Assembly: GCA_963840455.1 (NCBI GenBank)
Contig: CAWIYV010000011.1
Location: forward strand, 512,001 to 576,000
DNA length: 64,000 nucleotides
Direction: 5' to 3'
Origin: Nitrospirota bacterium
Lineage (GTDB): Bacteria > Nitrospirota > UBA9217
In this document: positions 21,037 through 29,730 of the stretch, piece by piece
Numbering within the stretch: position 1 is the first letter of the stretch
Layout: every line of letters begins with the position of its first letter
Translations under genes and position numbers: made by a program
The notes under the pieces: generated by a model
Database searches by the model: none
What the model was told of the DNA's origin: nothing
Seen by the model: only the letters and a program-made list of their open reading frames with translations

Positions 21037-23067
21037 ATGATGAATGCGATCACCGGGGAACGCCTGCAGGATCTCTTCGTATCGGAACCATGGCATGACC
21101 TCCTTACGACCCTTTCCGACAGCCTCGGTTTTTCTCTAAGCGTCTATGCACAGACGGGAAGACTTATCTTCGCTCCGTTGACCGAGCATTCACAATGCGG
21201 TAGTTTCCTCGCAACCTCACCCGGCCTCGAATCTCAGTGCAAAGTATACTGCCATCCCCGCATCATGAACGTTCTCGCAACGGGCAAGCCTGACGTCTAT
21301 AAATGCCTCGCAAAGATCATATGCTTTGCACTCCCCGTCGAATACCTGGGGGAAAAAGCGGTGATCCTGGGGCGCGGGTCCTTCTCCTCGTATGAGGATT
21401 TCCGCGAATACATGAATCTCGCGACAGCCGGTGGCGTAGACGCGATCGCGATAAGAGCGCCGCTCACGTTCACCAGCCAAGAGCAGGCGTGGAAAGTATG
21501 TCGTTTTGTTCATGATACGGTGAACCGGTCCCTCCTAAACATGCAGGAGACCGCGGCACTGAGAAAGAAGTTCGATAGTCTCATGAGCGTCTTCTCGCTG
21601 TGGGGCTCTGCTACCGTGGAGCAGCCCGAAATGCGGTACCAGGACATGCTCTATAATCTTTCAACGCTGCTTGACATCAATCATATCACCATCCTCGCTC
21701 TCGATCGGGAGGCGGGCAGATATACCGGTCTGTACGGCATCTCCAAGAGCGGAGCCCCGACCGAGGCGATCACCATCGACGAGAATGACACCGTCGTCAA
21801 AGAGCTGCTCAGCGGAAAACCATATATTCGCACCATGACACAGGTTGCCGGACCGTCCTCCAAAGCGCCTGCCGACCGCGAGTCCCGGTTTCTTTTCCCG
21901 ATCCTGGTGAACAAGACCCTGGGGGGGATCCTCTGCATCACCAACCAGATCCTTCTCGATCGAGACCGGCAGATCATCGCCGGATTCTGCAAGCAGACCG
22001 CGCTTTTCATAGAGAACTATCACTTGCACCAGGACCTCTATAAAAAGTTCAACCGGTTCGCCTTGATGTCGGAGCTAAACCGGGCGATAACGCCGATCCA
22101 GAACTATGACACACTTCTCCAGATGATCCTTGACAAGTCCGCCGAGCTGCTGAAGGCGGAGCAGGGATCGCTCATGATGCTCGACCAGAAGACCGACGCC
22201 CTGCTCCTCGAAGCGAAGAAAGGCATCATTCAGGGAGTCTCGGGGAAGATCAGCATCCAGCGCGGCGTGGGAATCGCCGGCAGAGTGGCAGAACGCGGCG
22301 AACCCTACCTGGTGAAGGACCTCGAGGACGATCCGCGTATCAAGCAGAAGAACCGGAATCATTACCGGACCCGGTCGTTCGTCAGCGTGCCGCTCAAGAT
22401 CGCAGACCGGGTCATCGGCGTGCTTAACCTGTCGGATAAGACGACCGGCGAGGTCTTCGACGAGGAGGACCTGAAGCTCATCCAGTCCATTGCGACCCAC
22501 GCCGCCGTCGTCGTGGAGCGGAACGAATTTTATGCAAAATCGGAGGAGCTCAAGAAGTTGACGATCACCGATACCCTGACCGGCCTCTTGAACCGCAGAT
22601 ACCTGCAAGAACGGCTCAAAGACGAACTGGCGCGGTCGGAGCGGCATATCCACCCGATGAGCCTTCTCATGCTAGACCTGGACGGATTCAAATCCTGCAA
22701 TGATAGCGAAGGGCACCTCGTGGGCGACAAGATTCTTCAGGAGGTAGCCGAGACCTTATTGAAGACGGTGCGGTCCATGGACATCGTGGCACGGTATGGC
22801 GGGGACGAGTTTATGGTGATCCTGCCGGAAACCGGCGAGCCGGTTGCAATCGAGATCGGTGAGCGCCTACGCAACAGCGTGTCCACGGGTACAGCGTGGA
22901 CCCGGAAAGCGGGTTCGGGTCTGGAGCCCTGTTCCTTGACGGCCAGCATCGGCATTGTCTGTTATCCGGAGCACGGAGAGACCGGCGAACTCCTGCTCGA
23001 GAACGTTGATAAAGCGCTGTACCGCGCCAAGAACAAGGGGAAGAACAGGATCGAGGTATTCTCTTAG
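21037..23067 (+). CDS. Diguanylate cyclase with PocR-like and GAF sensor domains
   Basis: C-terminal DTLTGLLNRR, DLDGFK, RSMD I-site, RYGGDEF; GAF segment (SFVSVPLKIADRVIGVLNLSDK); Cys-rich PocR-like N-terminus; RBS GGAGGA. Confidence 0.9.
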   Translation: MMNAITGERLQDLFVSEPWHDLLTTLSDSLGFSLSVYAQTGRLIFAPLTEHSQCGSFLATSPGLESQCKVYCHPRIMNVLATGKPDVYKCLAKIICFALPVEYLGEKAVILGRGSFSSYEDFREYMNLATAGGVDAIAIRAPLTFTSQEQAWKVCRFVHDTVNRSLLNMQETAALRKKFDSLMSVFSLWGSATVEQPEMRYQDMLYNLSTLLDINHITILALDREAGRYTGLYGISKSGAPTEAITIDENDTVVKELLSGKPYIRTMTQVAGPSSKAPADRESRFLFPILVNKTLGGILCITNQILLDRDRQIIAGFCKQTALFIENYHLHQDLYKKFNRFALMSELNRAITPIQNYDTLLQMILDKSAELLKAEQGSLMMLDQKTDALLLEAKKGIIQGVSGKISIQRGVGIAGRVAERGEPYLVKDLEDDPRIKQKNRNHYRTRSFVSVPLKIADRVIGVLNLSDKTTGEVFDEEDLKLIQSIATHAAVVVERNEFYAKSEELKKLTITDTLTGLLNRRYLQERLKDELARSERHIHPMSLLMLDLDGFKSCNDSEGHLVGDKILQEVAETLLKTVRSMDIVARYGGDEFMVILPETGEPVAIEIGERLRNSVSTGTAWTRKAGSGLEPCSLTASIGIVCYPEHGETGELLLENVDKALYRAKNKGKNRIEVFS

Positions 23068-23068
23068 C

Positions 23069-24739
23069 ATGCTATTCAGCTCACTCCCGGAAAAGGATTT
23101 CGTCGGCAAACAGGAAGAGCTGGACGGGCTCACGAAGCGGATCGTCCTTGCGCACGGAAGCCAGGCCAGGAGCGCGGTTCTGTCAGGCCCCCGGGGCATG
23201 GGGAAGACGGAGCTGCTCAAGCAGCTTTTCGGGCGCCTGTTCTGGGGGCATGACCGCGTCGCCCCGTTCTTTTATGCGGCCAGTCCGGCGGTGCTGTCCG
23301 CGAAAGCCTTTTCCCGCACCTATCTGGTCCAGTTCCTGTCCCAGAGGCTCGCGTATCAGAAAAAGGAACAGGCCCTTCTCTACCATGACGGGATTTCGAT
23401 CGATGATATAGCGACGCTCGCGGAGGAGCGGGGGGCGACGTGGGCAAGGGACATCCTTGACCGCTATGAACGGAGCGCCTCTGAACCTCTCGATGCGCTG
23501 CGCATTGCCCTCAATGCTCCCCACCTGTCAGTGCTGGCCACCGGGACGCCGGTAGCGGTCCTGATCGATGAGTTTCAGCGGCTCAAAGGCATCACGATCG
23601 AAGGGAACCCCGACCCCAAGCTGGTCTCTCTCTTCGAAGAGCCGATGGCTTCCGGGAAAACGCCCCATCTGATCTCCGGGAACGATCCGGAGATCCAGGA
23701 AATGGCCGTTGCGCAAGGCCTTGAACGGATACCCGTCCAGCCGCTGGGAGCCGAGAGCGCAATGTCGAGGGCTCGCGCGCTCCTCGCTGTGCATGGGGCC
23801 GAAGGCACCATACCCCATCTTCTCCTGCGGCATCTCGGCGGCAATCCCTTTTACCTGGCGTGTGTCATACGGACGGCATGTGCGAAGAAGGTCCTTGACG
23901 AGAAGGATTTCTGGAATGCCTATGTCCGGGAGATCATGGAAGGTCCTCTCTCGCTCTCGTGGTCCGCTGTCCTCAAGGACTTTTTCCCGGACCTGGAGGT
24001 GCGCAGGGCCGCCCTCGCAATGGCCTTCATGATGTGCCACGCGGCGGACCCCCACCCCCGCCGATGGTTCGCAAAATCCCTTGGGCTGACAGACGCTCAG
24101 GTGAGCGCCACGGCGCACTCCTTGTATCTCGCCGGTCTCATCCGCGGGGAGTTCGGTGTATTCAGGGCAACGGAAGACCGGGTCGTCCGGGATATCCTTG
24201 AGGAGCTCTACCAGAAGGAGATCCTCGCAAAGTCCCGCCATGAACGGGAACGGCTCTTCCTTGAATCATTGCTCCCGCAAAAGGAGAACGCCGTTCACTT
24301 TGAAATGACCATCCCCATGGTCAAGGAATCAGAGCTTGTCGTCGCGCAATGTCTCGAGCAGATCGGCAAGAACCTCCAACTCAACGAGGACGCCATAGGA
24401 CAGATGCAGATAGCCGTGATCGAGGCATGCATCAACGCCATAGAACATGGCAAGGGAATGGATAATAAGGTCCGGATAGTCGTTGCCGTGGAGATGGGCC
24501 GCCTTGAGGTATCGATCGAAAGCGCTGGGCCGGAGTTCATCGTGCAGGAGACCGGCGAGCCGTTTGGCGACCAGGCGGCTGCGAAGGCGTCGGGCAGAGG
24601 ATGGGGCGTAAAGCTCATGAAACGCTTTGCCGATGAGGTCGTGTTCGAAAGGACCGCCCAGGGTACGCGGACGGTCCTTATTAAAAATCTTGGAACATCC
24701 ACTGGTGCGCGGAAGGAGGATACGGCAAATCGTGAGTAA
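23069..24739 (+). CDS. P-loop ATPase fused to a C-terminal RsbW-like anti-sigma-factor kinase (HATPase) domain
   Basis: FVGKQEEL, Walker A GPRGMGKT, Walker B VLIDEFQ, GGNPFYL; C-terminal AVIEACINAIEHG ... GRGWGVKLMKRFADEV. Confidence 0.8.
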   Translation: MLFSSLPEKDFVGKQEELDGLTKRIVLAHGSQARSAVLSGPRGMGKTELLKQLFGRLFWGHDRVAPFFYAASPAVLSAKAFSRTYLVQFLSQRLAYQKKEQALLYHDGISIDDIATLAEERGATWARDILDRYERSASEPLDALRIALNAPHLSVLATGTPVAVLIDEFQRLKGITIEGNPDPKLVSLFEEPMASGKTPHLISGNDPEIQEMAVAQGLERIPVQPLGAESAMSRARALLAVHGAEGTIPHLLLRHLGGNPFYLACVIRTACAKKVLDEKDFWNAYVREIMEGPLSLSWSAVLKDFFPDLEVRRAALAMAFMMCHAADPHPRRWFAKSLGLTDAQVSATAHSLYLAGLIRGEFGVFRATEDRVVRDILEELYQKEILAKSRHERERLFLESLLPQKENAVHFEMTIPMVKESELVVAQCLEQIGKNLQLNEDAIGQMQIAVIEACINAIEHGKGMDNKVRIVVAVEMGRLEVSIESAGPEFIVQETGEPFGDQAAAKASGRGWGVKLMKRFADEVVFERTAQGTRTVLIKNLGTSTGARKEDTANRE

Positions 24740-25097
24740 TTTTTCGTTGTCATCAAAATCAACAAAGGACGCGGTCGTCATGATGCCCAAAGGGTACATC
24801 AATGACATGGGAGCGGTGAGCCTGGAGCAGACAAGCGAACAGCTCCTCGGGAAGGGTGCAAAAACGCTCATCGTGAATTTCGCCGACGTCCAATATATAA
24901 ACACCATCGGGGTCTCCATTTTTACCGGCATGGTTCATAAGACACAGGAACACAACAGCGTGCTCTGCTTTACCAATTTGAAGAAGGTCCACCGGGATGT
25001 ATTTGAGATGATGGGCCTGATAAAGCACGTAAAGGTGTTTAACAACGAAGAGGACGCCCTGAGGTCCTTGAGGCGAAAGGAGAGCAATGCTGAATAA
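24732..25097 (+). CDS. STAS-domain anti-anti-sigma factor
   Basis: GTG start overlapping the previous stop; LIVNFADVQYINTIGVSIF, DVFEMMGL. Confidence 0.85.
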   Translation: MSNFSLSSKSTKDAVVMMPKGYINDMGAVSLEQTSEQLLGKGAKTLIVNFADVQYINTIGVSIFTGMVHKTQEHNSVLCFTNLKKVHRDVFEMMGLIKHVKVFNNEEDALRSLRRKESNAE

Positions 25098-26310
25098 GAA
25101 ACTGGATCTCAAGCGGTTGCTGTTCAGCATGGCGTCACTGGTCGACCTGGGACAGGAAGCGACCTCCTCGAAGGACCTCAGTGCGAAAATGAAGGCGGCG
25201 CTCTACGTCATCACGGGCATGTTTTCCGTGCCGACGGCGGCCCTGTTCGTGTACCACCCTCAGCGAAAACTTCTCCGGCTCTTCGTCGAAAAAGGGCGCC
25301 GGGTCAGGGAACGGCAAGTCAAAGGGCTTCCCCTCCTTCCGGAGCACATCAAGCGATTCCGGATGAATGATCCGCATACGCTTCGCGACATGGCAGAGAG
25401 CGCCTTCTTTGTCCGGAATAAGGAGGTGTTCAGCGATCTGCAGACAACGATCTTTCTTCCCCTTTTTGCTAAAGGCGATTTCGTCGGCGCCATCGCGCTC
25501 GGCCAGAAGCTGGGGAGAGCACCCTTCCGCCAAGGGGAAAAGGACGTCCTCCGGGTGATCGCGCATCAAATGGCGATAACCCTTCACAATGCGCGGCTGT
25601 TCCTGGAGGTGGCCAAAAAGGCCGCGGAAAACAAAAAACTCTATTCCAGCATGCAGCAGATCTACCAGGACACCATTCAGGCCTTTGCTACCGCGATCGA
25701 CGCCAAGGACGAGTATACCAAGGACCATTCTTACCGGGTGGCCAGCTATGCCGTCGCGATCGCGCGCGAGCTCGGCTGGAAAAAGAAGGATGTCGAGGGC
25801 ATCTATATCGCCGGCCTTCTCCATGACATCGGGAAGATCATTATTGATGTCAAGGTCATCAATAAGGGAGCAACACTTTCGACCCCTGAGTTGACGGAGA
25901 TCAGAAAGCATCCTCAGATATCGTACGATATCCTGTCAAAGATCAGGTTCCCGTGGAAAAATATCGAGAACTTCGTCCGGCACCACCATGAGCGCATGGA
26001 CGGGAAAGGGTATCCCGATTCACTGAAGGAGGCGGAATTGAGCGATGGCGTAAAGATCCTCGCGCTGGTAGACGCCTTTGACGCCATGACATCAGACCGG
26101 CCATACCGGGACAAGCTTCCTGTCAGCGAGGCATTGAAGGAAGTAATGCGGTGCAAAGGGACCCAGTTCGACACCAAGATCACGAACACGTTCTTCAATG
26201 TCCTGCGCAAGGAACTGAACGGCGAGGTCAAAGAACCCCATATCCTTCCTCATTTGCATAGCCTGGACAGCAGCAAGTTCAAGGCACTTTCATCGAATTC
26301 CGCCAGGTGA
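25087..26310 (+). CDS. GAF + HD-GYP c-di-GMP phosphodiesterase
   Basis: IDAKDEYTKDHSYRV, LLHDIGK, HHERMDGKGYP, DAFDAMTSDRPYR. Confidence 0.92.
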   Translation: MLNKKLDLKRLLFSMASLVDLGQEATSSKDLSAKMKAALYVITGMFSVPTAALFVYHPQRKLLRLFVEKGRRVRERQVKGLPLLPEHIKRFRMNDPHTLRDMAESAFFVRNKEVFSDLQTTIFLPLFAKGDFVGAIALGQKLGRAPFRQGEKDVLRVIAHQMAITLHNARLFLEVAKKAAENKKLYSSMQQIYQDTIQAFATAIDAKDEYTKDHSYRVASYAVAIARELGWKKKDVEGIYIAGLLHDIGKIIIDVKVINKGATLSTPELTEIRKHPQISYDILSKIRFPWKNIENFVRHHHERMDGKGYPDSLKEAELSDGVKILALVDAFDAMTSDRPYRDKLPVSEALKEVMRCKGTQFDTKITNTFFNVLRKELNGEVKEPHILPHLHSLDSSKFKALSSNSAR

Positions 26311-26787
26311 TCAGCGCATCGGGTCGCTCTTCCGTAGGTCGTTTCAATATCAATGGTGCAGGATCATTTCTGGCAGCGCCTTCTTCGGCGCTGCCGTGCA
26401 CAGCTGGCGCAATGCCTCCCGCCATCCTGCATATCACGATCAGTTCCTCACTGAGCCCGGTCCTTTACCCCTGTCTGCGGTCCTTCGCGTCGCTCAGAGC
26501 CTGTCCTGAGCATAGCGAAGATGGCTGTCCGCCTCGCTCTGCAACCGCTTGTCCTGAATCCTGTCTGTTTTTTTCCATGAACCACGCCTCCAGGCACTCT
26601 CCTGCCCCCTGATATTGTCACCGTATAAGAGTACAGGTCCGGCCATTCGAAAATCGAATACCCACCCTCCGAGAATCATACAACGGCCTGACACACGGGG
26701 CGTATTTCCTGATGATGCATGCTCCCCGCTGGAGCACAACATCCTGTTCCTGAACGTTTTTTTTCATCGCACGCAATACGGCGCCTT

Positions 26788-26804
26788 CTGGCACGGACAA
26801 TGCA
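26788..26804 (+). promoter_or_regulatory. sigma54 (-24/-12) promoter upstream of the PP2C-vWA-FHA-kinase operon
   Basis: CTGGCACGGACAATGCA: TGGCACG-N4-ATGCA, about 50 bp before the ATG. Confidence 0.8.
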
Positions 26805-26851
26805 ATCTATCAGACCAGTAGTACGGAAAAAATCAGCTTTGGGGGTGCCTC

Positions 26852-27760
26852 ATGATGCAACGGATCGCCAATTTCGTCAGAGCGCTCTTCGGAATGGAGA
26901 CATCCTGGAGCATCATGACTCTTTCCCGCGTCGGGATCGATCCGGTCACCGCGCGCTCTCTGACACAGGTGCTCCAGCCCGCACACACGATACGGCTGAG
27001 ACCGGAACCGGCGGAGGAAGACCCTGCAGCCGGCGTCCCCGGGCTTCTTTGGCACGGGATCACCGACACCGGCCTCGTGAGAGACCATAATGAGGACAGC
27101 TTTTCGCTCCTCGATCTGGGGAACCGTGCGCTGTTCGTCGTGGCCGACGGCATGGGCGGCCATGATGCCGGCGAAGTGGCGAGCCGCATCGCCGTTGATG
27201 CGGTGCGCCGGGAAGTACGCAACAACACCATGCCTTACGAGGCCCCCCTCATGACCGTTGAACGGGCGGTTCAGCAGGCAAATGCGGAGGTCAGGCGCGA
27301 AGCAGCGCGCAAGGGATCGAACATGGGCACGACGCTCTGCGTAGCGCTCGTAACCGACGGCGCGGCATATATCGGCAGCGTGGGGGACAGCAGGGCCTAC
27401 TGGATGGAGAACGGTTCCATCTCCCAGATCACCGAGGACCACTCCCTGGTGGCGAAGCTGGTGGCAGCCGGGAAGTTGTCACAACAGGAGGCCAGGAACC
27501 ACCCCCGGTCCAACCTGCTCTACCGCACCATCGGGACCGACGAAACGGTCAAGGCCGGCATGTTCCGGGTCGAACTGAAGAAAGGCGGCACGCTCCTGCT
27601 CTGCACTGACGGGCTCTGGGGGGATGTGGATGAGGAAGAGATCCGCAGGATCTGCACCGAAGAGCCGTATACCGAGATCGTTTGCGCCAGGCTGGTACAG
27701 CGTGCGAACGCGAACGGCGGCAAGGACAACATCACCGCAGTGGTGGTTAAGGTCCTCTGA
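26852..27760 (+). CDS. PP2C/Stp1-family Ser/Thr phosphatase with N-terminal extension
   Basis: RDHNEDS, VADGMGGH, MGTT, VGDSRAY, LCTDGL, GGKDNIT. Confidence 0.93.
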   Translation: MMQRIANFVRALFGMETSWSIMTLSRVGIDPVTARSLTQVLQPAHTIRLRPEPAEEDPAAGVPGLLWHGITDTGLVRDHNEDSFSLLDLGNRALFVVADGMGGHDAGEVASRIAVDAVRREVRNNTMPYEAPLMTVERAVQQANAEVRREAARKGSNMGTTLCVALVTDGAAYIGSVGDSRAYWMENGSISQITEDHSLVAKLVAAGKLSQQEARNHPRSNLLYRTIGTDETVKAGMFRVELKKGGTLLLCTDGLWGDVDEEEIRRICTEEPYTEIVCARLVQRANANGGKDNITAVVVKVL

Positions 27761-27833
27761 TGGCGAAGCCCCGCGCATGGCTCCTGGAATGAATGAAATA
27801 CAAGGTCCAACGTTGTAAAAGGAGGTACAGAAC

Positions 27834-29084
27834 ATGAAGAACGAACTGAACATCCGATGCGTCATGAGCAAGGATGCGCTGACGGTGACCGGGGCGGAGC
27901 AGGCGGTCTATGCGCTCGTGGATATCAAGGCGGTGAGCAGCGGACAGCACCGCACCATGCCGGCGAACTTCGGCCTGGTGCTCGACCGGAGCGGCTCCAT
28001 GGACGGCGAGAAGATGGAGAATCTGAAGGAGGCAGCGGGCTACGTGGTGGACCACTTGAATGATAACGACCTCGTTTCCGTTACGGTCTTCGATGACCAG
28101 GTCGAGACGATTATCCCGAACCAGCCCCTGAAGGACCGCGAAGAGGTCAAGTCCCGGCTCGGATCGGTCATCCCCCGCGGCGGCACCCAGATCTCGGACG
28201 GGCTCAAGGCCGGTCTGGCGGAGGCCTGGAAGGGATTCTCCAAGGACCGCGTAAACCGCATACTCCTGCTCACCGACGGCCAGACGTGGGACGATGAGGC
28301 CGCGTGCCTCACGCTCGCCGACGAGGCAGGAAGAAAGGGCATCGCCGTTACGAGCATCGGCATCGGCGATGAGTGGAATGAGAAGCTCCTGCTCCAGCTC
28401 GCCGAGCGCTCTCACGGCAATTCGCACTGGATCCAGAATCCCATCGCCATCCTCGACGCGTTCCGGCAGGAGGTCGAGGGGGCGCAATCTGTCGCGGCAA
28501 CGAACCTCAGCATGACGGCGCGCATGAGCCCGGGAGTCAAACCGGTGAAGGCATACGCCACCATGCCCATGATCTCCGACATGAGCACGAAGGCCGTGAA
28601 CGGTCAGAACATCATGGCCGACCTGGGCTCCCTGGACAGCAGGCGGGGACAGGCAATGCTCATTGAAGTGCGAGTACCGCCCCAAAAGGCCGGCAAATTC
28701 CGGCTGGGCCAGGTAGAGGTCACCTATGACGTGCCCTCCCGGGGGATCAAGGGGCAAAGCGTCAAGGCGGACCTGTTCGTCATGTTCACTGATGACGCCG
28801 CAGCCGCGGCAAAGGTGAACGCCGAGGCGATGAACCTCGTTGAGAAGGTGAGCGCTTTCAAGCTCCAGACCCGGGCGCTCACCGAGGCCGAGGCGGGCAA
28901 TATCGCCGCAGCGACGCAGAAGCTTCAGTCCGCTGCCACGGTACTTCTGAACCTGGGCGAGGACGAGCTCGCCGAGGCGGCGGAGAAGGAGATCCTGTCG
29001 CTCAAGAGGACCGGGGCCTTCACCGCAGCAGGGACGAAGAAGCTCGAATACGGCACCCGAAAACTGACGCAGGCATTGAAATAA
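27834..29084 (+). CDS. Cytoplasmic von Willebrand factor A (vWA) domain protein
   Basis: MIDAS LDRSGSM, GGT, LLTDG; helical C-terminal domain; RBS AGGAGG. Confidence 0.9.
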   Translation: MKNELNIRCVMSKDALTVTGAEQAVYALVDIKAVSSGQHRTMPANFGLVLDRSGSMDGEKMENLKEAAGYVVDHLNDNDLVSVTVFDDQVETIIPNQPLKDREEVKSRLGSVIPRGGTQISDGLKAGLAEAWKGFSKDRVNRILLLTDGQTWDDEAACLTLADEAGRKGIAVTSIGIGDEWNEKLLLQLAERSHGNSHWIQNPIAILDAFRQEVEGAQSVAATNLSMTARMSPGVKPVKAYATMPMISDMSTKAVNGQNIMADLGSLDSRRGQAMLIEVRVPPQKAGKFRLGQVEVTYDVPSRGIKGQSVKADLFVMFTDDAAAAAKVNAEAMNLVEKVSAFKLQTRALTEAEAGNIAAATQKLQSAATVLLNLGEDELAEAAEKEILSLKRTGAFTAAGTKKLEYGTRKLTQALK

Positions 29085-29175
29085 TTGCATAGGGCAGAGA
29101 GATGACCGCAATGGCTTGAACGCCATGCTCTCTGCGCCATGCGCTATGCATGATCCTAAAAAGGAGGACATACCC

Positions 29176-29619
29176 ATGAAATGCACAGAGTGTCAGACGG
29201 AGTACATCGAAGGCGCGCTCTTCTGCGAGGAATGCGGGGCGAAGATCGGGACCGCGAGTCAACTGATTGACGCTGCAGGAACAATGGCCGATAAAGGGAC
29301 GGCCCTGGTGCTCGCGTCCCCCGGCGGCGGTACGCTGGACATCCCGGACAAGGACGAAGTGGTCATCGGCAGGGAAGACCCCATCAGCGAGGTGTTCCCC
29401 GACGTGGACCTGACAGACCTCGGCGGCATGGAGAACGGTGTATCGCGCAAGCACGCGGTCATCCATCGGTCAGGAACGGACTATACCGTTGAGGACATGG
29501 GCTCCACGAACGGGACCTATATCAATAAAAAACGCATCCAGCCCCATGTGCCGCAGGCGATCAAGGCCGGCGACGAGGTCAGGTTCGGCAAACTGGCATT
29601 CTCGCTCGAGGCGGCATAA
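29176..29619 (+). CDS. Zinc-ribbon + FHA domain protein
   Basis: CTEC...FCEECG, then IGRED, VSRKHA, DMGSTNGT; RBS AAGGAGG. Confidence 0.9.
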   Translation: MKCTECQTEYIEGALFCEECGAKIGTASQLIDAAGTMADKGTALVLASPGGGTLDIPDKDEVVIGREDPISEVFPDVDLTDLGGMENGVSRKHAVIHRSGTDYTVEDMGSTNGTYINKKRIQPHVPQAIKAGDEVRFGKLAFSLEAA

Positions 29620-29730
29620 CGCGAATGCAGAGCGCGGAATTCGGAGTGCGGAGTGATGAATCTAAAGAAGGAACCTGTTCTTATTCCGCATTCCGCACTC
29701 ACCATTCCGCATTATGAAACGGAGGTACCA

